NCBI RefSeq assembly: GCF_036090055.1
Contig: NZ_CP107970.1
Location: 2,922,635 to 2,946,634, forward strand
DNA: 24,000 nucleotides
DNA from: Nocardioides sp. NBC_00368
GTDB taxonomy: Bacteria > Actinomycetota > Actinomycetes > Propionibacteriales > Nocardioidaceae
Direction: 5' to 3'
Shown: piece after piece, positions 1 through 7,618 of the stretch
Layout: each line of letters begins with the position of its first letter
Position numbering within the stretch: position 1 is the first letter of the stretch
Program-made: the position numbers and the translations under genes
The notes under the pieces: model-generated
Databases searched by the model: none
Seen by the model: only the letters and a program-made list of their open reading frames with translations
Told to the model about the DNA's origin: nothing

Positions 1-1
1 C

Positions 2-1246
2 GCAGCGGTGGTGCGACCGCGCCACACCAGCCAGGTCCAGGCGACGGTACGGGCCTGTCATGACCTGTTGGTGCCCGTGGTGACCCGGGGCGCCGGCACC
101 GGGCTCACCGGTGCCGCGAACGCTGTCGACGGGGGCATCGTCCTGAGCACCGAGCACCTGGACGGCATCGTCGAGATCAACGCCACCGAGCGCTACGCCG
201 TGGTCGGCCCCGGGCTCACCAGCGATGCCCTCCGTGACGAGGCGGCCCGGCACCGGCTCTGGTACCCGCCGGACCCGGCGAGCGCCGAGTGGTCGACGAT
301 CGGCGGCAACGTCGCCACCAACGCCGGTGGGCTCTGTTGCGCGAAGTACGGCGTCACTCGTGACTACGTCATGGCCCTCGAGTTCGTCGACGGGCGGGGC
401 CGTCTCCACCGGGCCGGACGCCGCACGGCGAAGGGGGTCGTCGGGCTCGACATCGCCGGGCTCCTGGTCGGCTCCGAAGGCGCGCTCGGTGTCATCACGG
501 AGGCCACGTTGCGGTTGCGTCCGCTCTCGACGCAGGCCCGCACCGTGGTCGCCGGCTTTCCCTCCCTGCGTTCCGCCGGATGCGCCGTCGCAGCGGTACG
601 AGCCGCCGGGCTGACCCCGGCCGCGCTGGAGCTCCTGGACCATGCCACCCTGCGCGCGATCGACACCTGGCACAGGACGGGCGACCTGGATGCCGCCGTA
701 CTGATCGCCAGGATCGATACGTCAGCCGCAGCCGGCGAGGCCGAGGCCGCGGCGGTCCTCGCCCGGTTCGACGCCGCAGGCGCGACCTGGTCGACCCGGT
801 CGAGCGATCCGCGCGAGGCCGAGGAGCTGTTCGGGATCCGTCGTCTCGCCTATCCCTCCGTCGAACGGCTGGGCGACGTGCTGACGGAGGACATCTGCGT
901 CCCTGTCTCCACGCTCGCCGACGTCCTGGAGGCCGTTCGCCTCGTCGCCGAACGACGCGAGGTGACGATCGCGACGATCGCTCACGCGGGCGACGGCAAC
1001 CTGCACCCGCTGATCGTGACGGAGCGCGGCGATCACGCGGCCGCGGACCGGGCTCGGGCCGCCTTCGACGAGTTGATCGACCTCGCGCTCGCACACGGCG
1101 GGACGATCTCCGGCGAGCACGGCGTGGGGCGGCTCAAGCGTGGGGGCATGCGCCGTGAGCTCACTCCCGAGGTGGTTGCGCTCCAGGAGCAGATCAAGTC
1201 CGTGTTCGACCCACGCGGCATCCTGAATCCGGGCGCGATGCTCTGA
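2..1246 (+). CDS. FAD-linked oxidase, GlcD / D-lactate dehydrogenase-like (PCMH-type FAD-binding domain). The 5' end runs off the window.
   Basis: The frame is open to the window edge. The N-terminal motif 'VPVVTRGAGTGLTGAA' and the C-terminal motif 'GTISGEHGVGRLKR' are typical of GlcD-type FAD oxidases. About 40 N-terminal residues appear to be missing. Confidence 0.85.
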   Translation, partial: AAVVRPRHTSQVQATVRACHDLLVPVVTRGAGTGLTGAANAVDGGIVLSTEHLDGIVEINATERYAVVGPGLTSDALRDEAARHRLWYPPDPASAEWSTIGGNVATNAGGLCCAKYGVTRDYVMALEFVDGRGRLHRAGRRTAKGVVGLDIAGLLVGSEGALGVITEATLRLRPLSTQARTVVAGFPSLRSAGCAVAAVRAAGLTPAALELLDHATLRAIDTWHRTGDLDAAVLIARIDTSAAAGEAEAAAVLARFDAAGATWSTRSSDPREAEELFGIRRLAYPSVERLGDVLTEDICVPVSTLADVLEAVRLVAERREVTIATIAHAGDGNLHPLIVTERGDHAAADRARAAFDELIDLALAHGGTISGEHGVGRLKRGGMRRELTPEVVALQEQIKSVFDPRGILNPGAML

Positions 1247-1257
1247 GCCACCGGTGA

Positions 1258-2016
1258 TCAGCCGAAGGCGGTCCGCTCGAACAGCGCGTGCACCGGCTGG
1301 CCCGCGACCGTGAGGTCCACCTTGAGACGGAACCGTCCTGGCGAGGACGGCGTGCCGCTGAACGTCCCGTCCGGCCCCGTCTCGAACCGAACGAAGGCGC
1401 CGCTGGCGATGCTGACGGCGGCGACCTCCGCCTCGTCGTACTCGACCTGCGTTCCGGCCGAGGTCACCGACAGCATGAGCGTCGAGGGCTGGGCGAGCAG
1501 CAGATCACCCGACAGCGCCACGTCGTACGTGCCGACCTTCTGCACGTCCCCGTCGGCGACAGGAACCTCCGTCGGCCGGCGTTGCGCGGCTGGTGCGACC
1601 AGGTCGGTGCCGAGGACGAGGTCACCGACCTCGTCCTCACCGGTGTCGAAGGCCACCACGAGATGGCCCGGGCCGCCAAGGCCCTCCGGGAACACCGCCT
1701 CCCAGCCACCGTCCCGGGTCGGCCGTGCGGCGGCCCGCTCGAAGTAGCGCAGGTCGGCCGACCAGTACCACGAGGTGAGCTCGCCGACCTGTGCCTGCCC
1801 GCTCTCGAGCTCGAACCGGATCCGGTCGGCCCGTGCGCCCTCGGCCCGGACCTCGGAGAGCCGGTAACCCGCCTGATGGTCGACGAGACCATCACCCCAT
1901 CCGGCGACCCCGACCTCTGTCTCGCCGGTGTCGGGCGCGGTGTCTGAGGCACCACACGAGGTCGCTGCCCACAGTGACAGGGCCGCCAGCGCGGCAACCG
2001 GCAGCCGGTACGTCAT
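1258..2016 (-). CDS. Secreted lipoprotein of unknown function
   Basis: Signal peptide plus lipobox 'LSLWAATS-C'. The ATG overlaps the stop of the upstream IclR gene (ATGA), so the two are probably co-transcribed. I recognise no family. Confidence 0.6.
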   Translation of the reverse strand: MTYRLPVAALAALSLWAATSCGASDTAPDTGETEVGVAGWGDGLVDHQAGYRLSEVRAEGARADRIRFELESGQAQVGELTSWYWSADLRYFERAAARPTRDGGWEAVFPEGLGGPGHLVVAFDTGEDEVGDLVLGTDLVAPAAQRRPTEVPVADGDVQKVGTYDVALSGDLLLAQPSTLMLSVTSAGTQVEYDEAEVAAVSIASGAFVRFETGPDGTFSGTPSSPGRFRLKVDLTVAGQPVHALFERTAFG

Positions 2017-2894
2017 GCCCTGGCTCGCTCGTACACCATGGCCGTGAGCGGGTCGAGCTCGACGTACATCCGGGTCGCGTCGCGGGCTGCCCGCCTGACC
2101 GCCAGCTCCAGCTGCTCACGCTCGTCCAGGAAACGACGCGACGAGACGGAAACGCCCAGACCCGCGATCACCCGTCCGGCGCTGTCACGCACCGGGGCCG
2201 CCACGCAGGAGACGCCCAGCTCGTACTCGTCCACATCGGTCGCGAACCCCGCCTCTCGCATCCGCAGCACCTCGCGACGCAGCCGGTCGGGGGTGTCGAG
2301 GGTGTGATCGGTGAACCGCCGCAGTCGCGGCTCCCGCAGGTAGTCGGGCCAGCGATCGAAGCCGATCGAGGCCAGCATGACCTTGCCGAGGGCGAGGGCG
2401 TGCGCACCACCGCGGTAACCCGCCGAGATGTCACGCAGCTCCGCCGCGCCCCGGCGTCCTCGGGTGTCCGCGATCTCCAGATCGCCCTGCTTCCACCAGC
2501 CGAGGTAGGCCCGCGCGCGGGTCTCGTCGCGCAGATCCTGCAGCACCGCCGCGAGTCGCTCCGGCTGCGTCCGGTTGGCGACGTAGCCGCGGTACAGAGC
2601 GGCGATCTGCGGACCGAGGGTGTACAGACCCGACGTCGTCGGCGAATGCTCGATCATCCCCACGTCCGTCAGCGTCTGCAGCGCGTAGTAGGTGGTCGAC
2701 AGGCTCTGCTCGAGGCGACGGGCCAACACCTTGGCCGACACCCCCATCGGATTCTCGGAGATGATCGCGAGCGTATTGGCGATGTGGATCGCGGAGTTGA
2801 GGACTCTCTTCTGCGCCGGAATCTGTCCCGGGATCTGGGTGGTGCTCTGTGCAGGAATGCCTTCGACTGCGTCCAGGCTGGTTGTTTCCATCAT
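2013..2894 (-). CDS. IclR-family transcriptional regulator
   Basis: N-terminal winged HTH ('VSAKVLARRLEQSLSTTYYALQTLTDVGMIE') and a C-terminal IclR effector domain ('GVSCVAAPVRDSAGRVIAGLGVS'). Confidence 0.85.
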   Translation of the reverse strand: MMETTSLDAVEGIPAQSTTQIPGQIPAQKRVLNSAIHIANTLAIISENPMGVSAKVLARRLEQSLSTTYYALQTLTDVGMIEHSPTTSGLYTLGPQIAALYRGYVANRTQPERLAAVLQDLRDETRARAYLGWWKQGDLEIADTRGRRGAAELRDISAGYRGGAHALALGKVMLASIGFDRWPDYLREPRLRRFTDHTLDTPDRLRREVLRMREAGFATDVDEYELGVSCVAAPVRDSAGRVIAGLGVSVSSRRFLDEREQLELAVRRAARDATRMYVELDPLTAMVYERARA

Positions 2895-2966
2895 GGTTTC
2901 CTCCGGTGTAGAAGTAACCCGCCGATTACCTGTCCTTGATCAAAGCAAACCGGACTAGTGTGATGG

Positions 2967-2981
2967 GTCTCACATTGAGAC
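2967..2981. promoter_or_regulatory. 15-bp palindrome GTCTCA-CAT-TGAGAC in the divergent iclR / acoR-like intergenic region; candidate operator
   Basis: Perfect 6-bp arms with a 3-nt spacer, read directly from the sequence. It overlaps a second weaker inverted repeat, TGTGA-N6-TCACA (2959-2974). It sits in a 113-bp intergenic region of lower GC. Confidence 0.35.
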
Positions 2982-3007
2982 AGGCTTAGGCAGAATCGAG
3001 AAAGCCC

Positions 3008-4786
3008 ATGCCCAGTGCCATGCCGAGCTGGTCCGACGTGCTGACGCACTCCCTCGAACGGCTCAAGGAACGAGCATCGACCGACCCCGATGCCGGGGTC
3101 CGCGACGGGATCCTCGCCTCCTGGCGTCGCTCCTACGACAGCCAGGCGCTCGGCGACCGTCTCGACCTGCCCTACGACGACAACCTCAACCTCTCGACCA
3201 GGCTGGTCCGCGCCGCCCGCCCCGTCATCGAGAAGGTCCAGAACGATATCGACGGCAGCCCGCTGACGCTCATCCTCGGCGACAGCACCGGCAAGGTGCT
3301 GCTGCGCCACTCCGGCGAGCCCTGCCTCGAGGGACAGCTCGACCGCGCGCTGCTCGCTCCGGGGTTCAGCTACGCCGAGAAGTACGCCGGCACCAACGGC
3401 ATCGGCACCGCTCTCGAGGACAGGTCGACCGCCCTCGTGCGAGGTGCCGAGCACTTCAACGAGCAGCTCCAGGTGTTCGCCTGCGTCGGCGTTCCCGTGC
3501 GCGACCCCATCACCCGCCGCCAGCTCGGCGTCCTGGACATCACCACCTGGGCGGACCGTGCGCATCCCGCGCTCACGGCGTTGGTCCGACAGGCCGGCGC
3601 CTCGATCGAGGACAGTCTGCTCACCATGTCGAGCCGAGGTGCTCGGTCGCTGCTGGAGGAGTATCTGCGCAGCAGCCGGGCCGCCGAGGACCGCATCATC
3701 GCCGTCAGCGACGAGGCGTTCATCGGATCCGCCACCGCGGCCACCCGCATCGGCGGACTGGGGCGACCCGAGCTGTGGGCGCTGACTGTGGACGCGCTCG
3801 GCAGCTCCGACCGCGCCGAGATCTCCCTCATGTCCGGCACCGAGTACGCCACCACCCTGACCGTGCGTGCCCTCCGCTCGCCCTACGGCCGACTCGACGG
3901 CGCGATCGTCGAGATCCCTTCCTCCGCTCCGGCGCCGCCGATCCAGCAGTCGAGCCCGGCCCAGCCCCGCGGAGCCCACCAGCTCAGCCCGCTGGTCCTC
4001 GGCCCGATGGCCATGGTCGGCCGCATGGCGGCCGCCCGCCTGCCGGTGTGTCTCGTCGGCGAGCCCGGCACCGGCAAGCGCACCCTCATCCAGGACATCG
4101 CGACGCGCGAGTTCCCGGGGCGTACGGTCGTCGTCATCGACTGCGGTGACGACGACATCGAGGCCAAGCTCGGCTCGGTCGGCGAGCATCTCGCCGATGG
4201 TCGTCCCGTCATCGTCCGCGACGCCGACGGACTGGCGTCGGGACGTCTCGCGGAGCTGGTCAGCAGCATGGATCTACCCTCGGCCAGCGGCTGGCTCACC
4301 TTCACCACGCGCAGGCATCACAAGAGCGCCGAGGGATCCGAGGAGGCCGAGGGCGACCTGGCCGCCGCCGGCATCCCGATGATCGCCCTTCCCCCGCTGA
4401 GGGCACGCGTCCAGGACCTACGCGTCCTGCTGCCCGACATGGTTCGCCGGCTGAGCCGCGGACGTGTCACCTCGGTCTCCCCCGAGCTGCTCACCCGCCT
4501 GATCCGCGAACCGTGGCCGGGGAACCTCGCCGAGGTCGTCGAGCTGGTCACCACCATGATCCCCTCGGCGACCGATTCCGTCCTGCGCGAGCAGCACCTG
4601 CCGGCAGACTTCGGCAGCGGGCTGCGGTATCGGCTCACCCCGCTGGAATGGATGACCCGGGACGCCATCGTGGAGTCGCTGCGCGCCTGCGACTGGGACA
4701 AGGCGCGCGCCGCCGAGGCGCTCGGCATGTCCCGGGCCTCGATCTACCGCAAGATCAAGGCCTACAACATCGAGCCCGGCGCCTGA
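3008..4786 (+). CDS. AcoR/MimR-type transcriptional activator (GAF sensor, degenerate AAA+ module, C-terminal Fis-type HTH)
   Basis: AcoR-type GAF motifs ('YAEKYAGTNGIGTALE', 'GAEHFNEQLQVFACVGVPVRDP..GVLDI'). Walker A 'GEPGTGKR'. Motifs 'LPPLRARVQDL' and 'WPGNLAEV'. C-terminal HTH 'KARAAEALGMSRASIYRKIKAY'. No GAFTGA motif is visible. Confidence 0.85.
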   Translation: MPSAMPSWSDVLTHSLERLKERASTDPDAGVRDGILASWRRSYDSQALGDRLDLPYDDNLNLSTRLVRAARPVIEKVQNDIDGSPLTLILGDSTGKVLLRHSGEPCLEGQLDRALLAPGFSYAEKYAGTNGIGTALEDRSTALVRGAEHFNEQLQVFACVGVPVRDPITRRQLGVLDITTWADRAHPALTALVRQAGASIEDSLLTMSSRGARSLLEEYLRSSRAAEDRIIAVSDEAFIGSATAATRIGGLGRPELWALTVDALGSSDRAEISLMSGTEYATTLTVRALRSPYGRLDGAIVEIPSSAPAPPIQQSSPAQPRGAHQLSPLVLGPMAMVGRMAAARLPVCLVGEPGTGKRTLIQDIATREFPGRTVVVIDCGDDDIEAKLGSVGEHLADGRPVIVRDADGLASGRLAELVSSMDLPSASGWLTFTTRRHHKSAEGSEEAEGDLAAAGIPMIALPPLRARVQDLRVLLPDMVRRLSRGRVTSVSPELLTRLIREPWPGNLAEVVELVTTMIPSATDSVLREQHLPADFGSGLRYRLTPLEWMTRDAIVESLRACDWDKARAAEALGMSRASIYRKIKAYNIEPGA

Positions 4787-4788
4787 CC

Positions 4789-4935
4789 TCAGTTCGCCCC
4801 GTCCCCGTCGGTGCGCTTCTCACGCTCGCCGGGCGACGGCGCCTTGAGCCAGGCGTAGAGGCCGGCGACGAGCGCGATGGCCACCATCGGGAACACCCAC
4901 AGGTAGTCGACGATGTGCAACGGCGTGATCATCAT
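4789..4935 (-). CDS. Small single-pass membrane protein (48 aa), not in the supplied ORF track; last gene of the CuMMO cluster
   Basis: My own translation is MMITPLHIVDYLWVFPMVAIALVAGLYAWLKAPSPGEREKRTDGDGAN. The third codon position is G/C in all codons but one. There is one hydrophobic helix followed by a K/R-rich tail. The ATG lies 3 nt after the stop of the 435-aa membrane protein. Confidence 0.55.
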   Translation of the reverse strand: MMITPLHIVDYLWVFPMVAIALVAGLYAWLKAPSPGEREKRTDGDGAN

Positions 4936-4938
4936 TTC

Positions 4939-6246
4939 TCACAGTCCCATCAGGAGAACGAGACCTGTCGAGGTCAGACCGACCATCAACAGGAGGTACG
5001 GCAGCTGCCCCACGGCAACCGATCGCGGACGGAGCTCCTCGAGCGAGCGGTCGTGAGCCGCCACGACGCCGACGACGTGTCCACAGACGACCGCGGCGAG
5101 CTGAACGACGGCGATCGTCCGGGGTGAGACGACCAGGTAGTCGATCGACGACTGCGCCGAGCCGAAGAGGTCCCATCCCCGCCCGAACGGATCGGAGGCC
5201 AGGATCGCGCCGACCTGACCCTGGAAGACCGCGAACGAGAAGTAGTGGGCCACGGTGTAACCGACGATGATGGGCACCAAGGTGTGCGCGAAGGCCCGTG
5301 ACGTCCCGTCGGCATACCTCGAGAAGGCATCGGTGGCCCGCATCGCGAGCTGGTAGGCCCCGGCGACGAGCAGGACGGCGGCGACCAGGCCGAGGGTGCC
5401 GGTGATCAGATAGCCGGGTCCGACGAGGTCGCGGGTCAGGTCGCCCCAGAACGAGGTCCGGGTCACCCCGTCGAAGGCCGTCGACCCGAGCAGCGTGCAG
5501 AGCACGGCGAGCTGCCCCGGCGGGACCGGCATGGCGGCGAGACCGGCCAGCGGGTGGCGAAGCACCGCCTCGCCCTCCGCCGAGCGCCCCCACGGCGCCA
5601 GCCGTCCGATGGTCGCCGAATAGACCTCCAGGCCGTCGGCGGCGTCGAACCACCGCGGACCGGCCACCGCACCGCCGATCCCGTGCACGAGGACGTACGC
5701 GGTCACGAACCCGGCCACCACCCGCGGCTCGTCGGAGTGGTCGAAGACGAGCTCCAGCCACAGGAACACGCCCAGCGAGACGACGGCCGGCCATCGCCCC
5801 GCACCCGCCGGAAGCCCGGCCTGTCGTAGGCGGGACGGCACGAACCGGCTCAGCAACCGTGCCAGTGCCCGCACCGGGTTGAGGAACCGCCAGATCGGCC
5901 CCAGGAGAAGCGAGCACGGCACCAGACCGACCCACACCCACACGTAGAGCCAGGTGGGAGCCGGGTTCGTCGCCACGCTGGCCGGACCGAACCAGGCGAC
6001 CGCGAGGAACACCACGGTCCCGGCCAGCGCGACCGCCTGTGCGAGCCGTGAGGCCCGCTCCCCCACCGCGACCTGTACCCACCGCGGGAGCGCGACCCCG
6101 TCCTCGGTCGCGAACCTGCTCGAGCGCCACAGCAGGCCGAGCGCGAGAAAGGAGAACAGCAGGACCCCCACCGCGACGTACAGGGCGACCCAGACCGGGA
6201 TCGGAAGATCCGAGCGGCCACCCAGCCCGTGTGTCAGGATCATCAC
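4939..6246 (-). CDS. Polytopic integral membrane protein (about 10-12 TM helices) of unknown function, CuMMO-cluster associated
   Basis: Strongly hydrophobic 435-aa ORF with high GC3. The start (GTG 6246 or ATG 6243) overlaps the stop of the lipoprotein gene. It has the N-terminal motif 'THGLGGRSDLPIP' and several intramembrane His residues ('VLVHGIGG', 'YTVAHYF', 'VCGHVVGVVAAHD'). I recognise no family. Confidence 0.75.
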   Translation of the reverse strand: MMILTHGLGGRSDLPIPVWVALYVAVGVLLFSFLALGLLWRSSRFATEDGVALPRWVQVAVGERASRLAQAVALAGTVVFLAVAWFGPASVATNPAPTWLYVWVWVGLVPCSLLLGPIWRFLNPVRALARLLSRFVPSRLRQAGLPAGAGRWPAVVSLGVFLWLELVFDHSDEPRVVAGFVTAYVLVHGIGGAVAGPRWFDAADGLEVYSATIGRLAPWGRSAEGEAVLRHPLAGLAAMPVPPGQLAVLCTLLGSTAFDGVTRTSFWGDLTRDLVGPGYLITGTLGLVAAVLLVAGAYQLAMRATDAFSRYADGTSRAFAHTLVPIIVGYTVAHYFSFAVFQGQVGAILASDPFGRGWDLFGSAQSSIDYLVVSPRTIAVVQLAAVVCGHVVGVVAAHDRSLEELRPRSVAVGQLPYLLLMVGLTSTGLVLLMGL

Positions 6247-6695
6247 TTCACCTCGAGCTCGACGAGCAGCGCACCCGCTCCCTCCAGCTCCACCTCGAAA
6301 CGGCCCGGGATGTCGGCGGTGAAGGTGAGCGCGCCCTCCTGACCGGCCACGAGATCGACGTGCGCGTCGTAGCCGTGCACATGCACCTCGTCCGCGACGT
6401 CGCTGGTGACGGCGAGCGTCACCGACTCGCCGAGAGCGACGCGCTCGACGTGGGCCGGCGGGGAGAGCTTCCCGGCCACGATCTCGATCCGGATGACATC
6501 ACCCGTCGGCCGCGAGCTCGCCGTCGGGGCATCCGGCGGCGAGGGCGTGGTAGTCCCCGAGGGCTCCGCGGTCTGAGTCGAACCGTGTCCGGCGTGGTCC
6601 GCCTCCGCCGCGGTGGAGGTCTCCGCTCCGCATCCGCTGAGAGCCGAGGCGGCGAGGAGCGTCGCGACGGCAAGGGTGAGGCGTGCGCTGATCAT
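6243..6695 (-). CDS. Cupredoxin-like (EfeO-Cup / cupredoxin_1-like) lipoprotein with a His-rich linker
   Basis: Lipobox 'ALSG-C'. A Pro/Thr/Ser-rich linker contains 'ADHAGHGS'. A C-terminal beta-sandwich-like domain of about 85 aa reads 'IRIEIVAGKLSPP..V.LAVTSDVADEVHVHGYDAHVDL..G..TFTADIPGRFEVELE'. ATGA overlap with the upstream gene. Confidence 0.65.
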   Translation of the reverse strand: MISARLTLAVATLLAASALSGCGAETSTAAEADHAGHGSTQTAEPSGTTTPSPPDAPTASSRPTGDVIRIEIVAGKLSPPAHVERVALGESVTLAVTSDVADEVHVHGYDAHVDLVAGQEGALTFTADIPGRFEVELEGAGALLVELEVK

Positions 6696-7288
6696 GAGTG
6701 GTGGTTCCTTCCGAGACGGCGTTCATTGGCCACCAGACGGCTGCTGATGACGAGGGCGAGGACGAGACCGTGCACGAGGTGGATCCCGACCATCCACGGC
6801 CAGCCGATCAGGTTGCTCAGGCTCGAGGCCTCCGGTAGCGCGCCCACCACCGTCCCGACGACCTGGAGGCAGACCAGATAGAAGAAGCACATGAGGATGA
6901 CGCCGTGCAGCGCGGCGACGACGTACAGGGCACGTCCGGTGACCCGGTGGTTGCGCGTGCCGAGCGAGAAGATCGCTCCGCTCACGCCACCGAGGACCAC
7001 ACAGATCCCCAGTCCGCCGACGAACTCCTGCTGGAAGAAGGGTGCTGCCTCGCCGGCCGCCGTCGCGGCTTGCGACACCTCGAGGGCACCCGGCGACAGG
7101 ATCGAGACGATCGCGTAGAAGGGAGTCGCCGCACCGACTCCCTGGACCGCGCCGGCCAGGGCGAGCAGCGCGATGATGACCAGGGCCGACAAACTGCCGG
7201 CGACCGCTCCGCGCTCGATCGCGGCATCGAACGCTCGCCAGCCCGTCGGCGACTCATCCACCGCAGGGTGGCTTCTCATGCCGGTCAC
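6692..7288 (-). CDS. Polytopic membrane protein (about 5-6 TM helices) of unknown function
   Basis: Hydrophobic 198-aa ORF. The GTG start overlaps the stop of the upstream small ORF (GTGA); an alternative ATG lies at 7279. The stop overlaps the lipoprotein ATG. Confidence 0.7.
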   Translation of the reverse strand: MTGMRSHPAVDESPTGWRAFDAAIERGAVAGSLSALVIIALLALAGAVQGVGAATPFYAIVSILSPGALEVSQAATAAGEAAPFFQQEFVGGLGICVVLGGVSGAIFSLGTRNHRVTGRALYVVAALHGVILMCFFYLVCLQVVGTVVGALPEASSLSNLIGWPWMVGIHLVHGLVLALVISSRLVANERRLGRNHHS

Positions 7289-7590
7289 TTCCCGTCCGCC
7301 TGGTCTGCGGGCACGGTCTCCCGGGTCCGGGTGGGCTCCTCGGCATCTCGCTTGAGGAGCTCTTCGAGCTCGAAGTACTTACCGCTGAAGAGCAGTCGCG
7401 CACCCGTCGGCCGCTCATCGCGGTAGCCGGACTGGTAGCGCCGCTTCGACGTGCCCGACATGTCGATCGAGAGCATCAGCACGAAGATGCCGATCAACAG
7501 CCCTCCGAGGATGACCGGGCCGAGCCCGATCAGCATGTCCATGGAGCTCGTGCCGCCCCCGTGCATCGGCAGAATTTTCGGGATGGTCAT
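7285..7590 (-). CDS. Small single-pass membrane protein (101 aa) with a Met/His-rich extracytoplasmic N-terminus; first gene after pmoB
   Basis: An AGGAG sequence lies 8 nt upstream of the ATG at 7590. The track's GTG at 7599 abuts that RBS and is unlikely to be the start. The sequence is 'MTIPKILPMHGGGTSSMDM', then the TM helix 'LIGLGPVILGGLLIGIFVLMLSI', then a K/R-rich tail, which predicts an N-out topology. Confidence 0.7.
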   Translation of the reverse strand: MTIPKILPMHGGGTSSMDMLIGLGPVILGGLLIGIFVLMLSIDMSGTSKRRYQSGYRDERPTGARLLFSGKYFELEELLKRDAEEPTRTRETVPADQADGK

Positions 7591-7618
7591 GGTGTGCACT
7601 CCTGGTTCAAGGGTGGAA

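Noticed and set aside
2891-4189. 432-aa minus-strand ORF antisense to the AcoR-like regulator
   Set aside because: It has no recognisable motifs, whereas the plus-strand frame has clear GAF, Walker A and Fis-HTH signatures.
4820-6130. 436-aa minus-strand ORF overlapping the 435-aa membrane protein gene in another frame
   Set aside because: The translation is Arg/Gly/Pro-rich and non-hydrophobic. The competing frame gives a coherent polytopic membrane protein whose start is translationally coupled to the upstream gene.
6243-6695. Calling the lipoprotein PmoD/AmoD or CopC
   Set aside because: PmoD-type proteins use Cys/Met/His ligands and have a C-terminal TM helix. CopC starts with an N-terminal His after signal cleavage and has Met-rich motifs. 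This protein has a lipobox, no C-terminal helix, and no Cys or Met in the mature chain.
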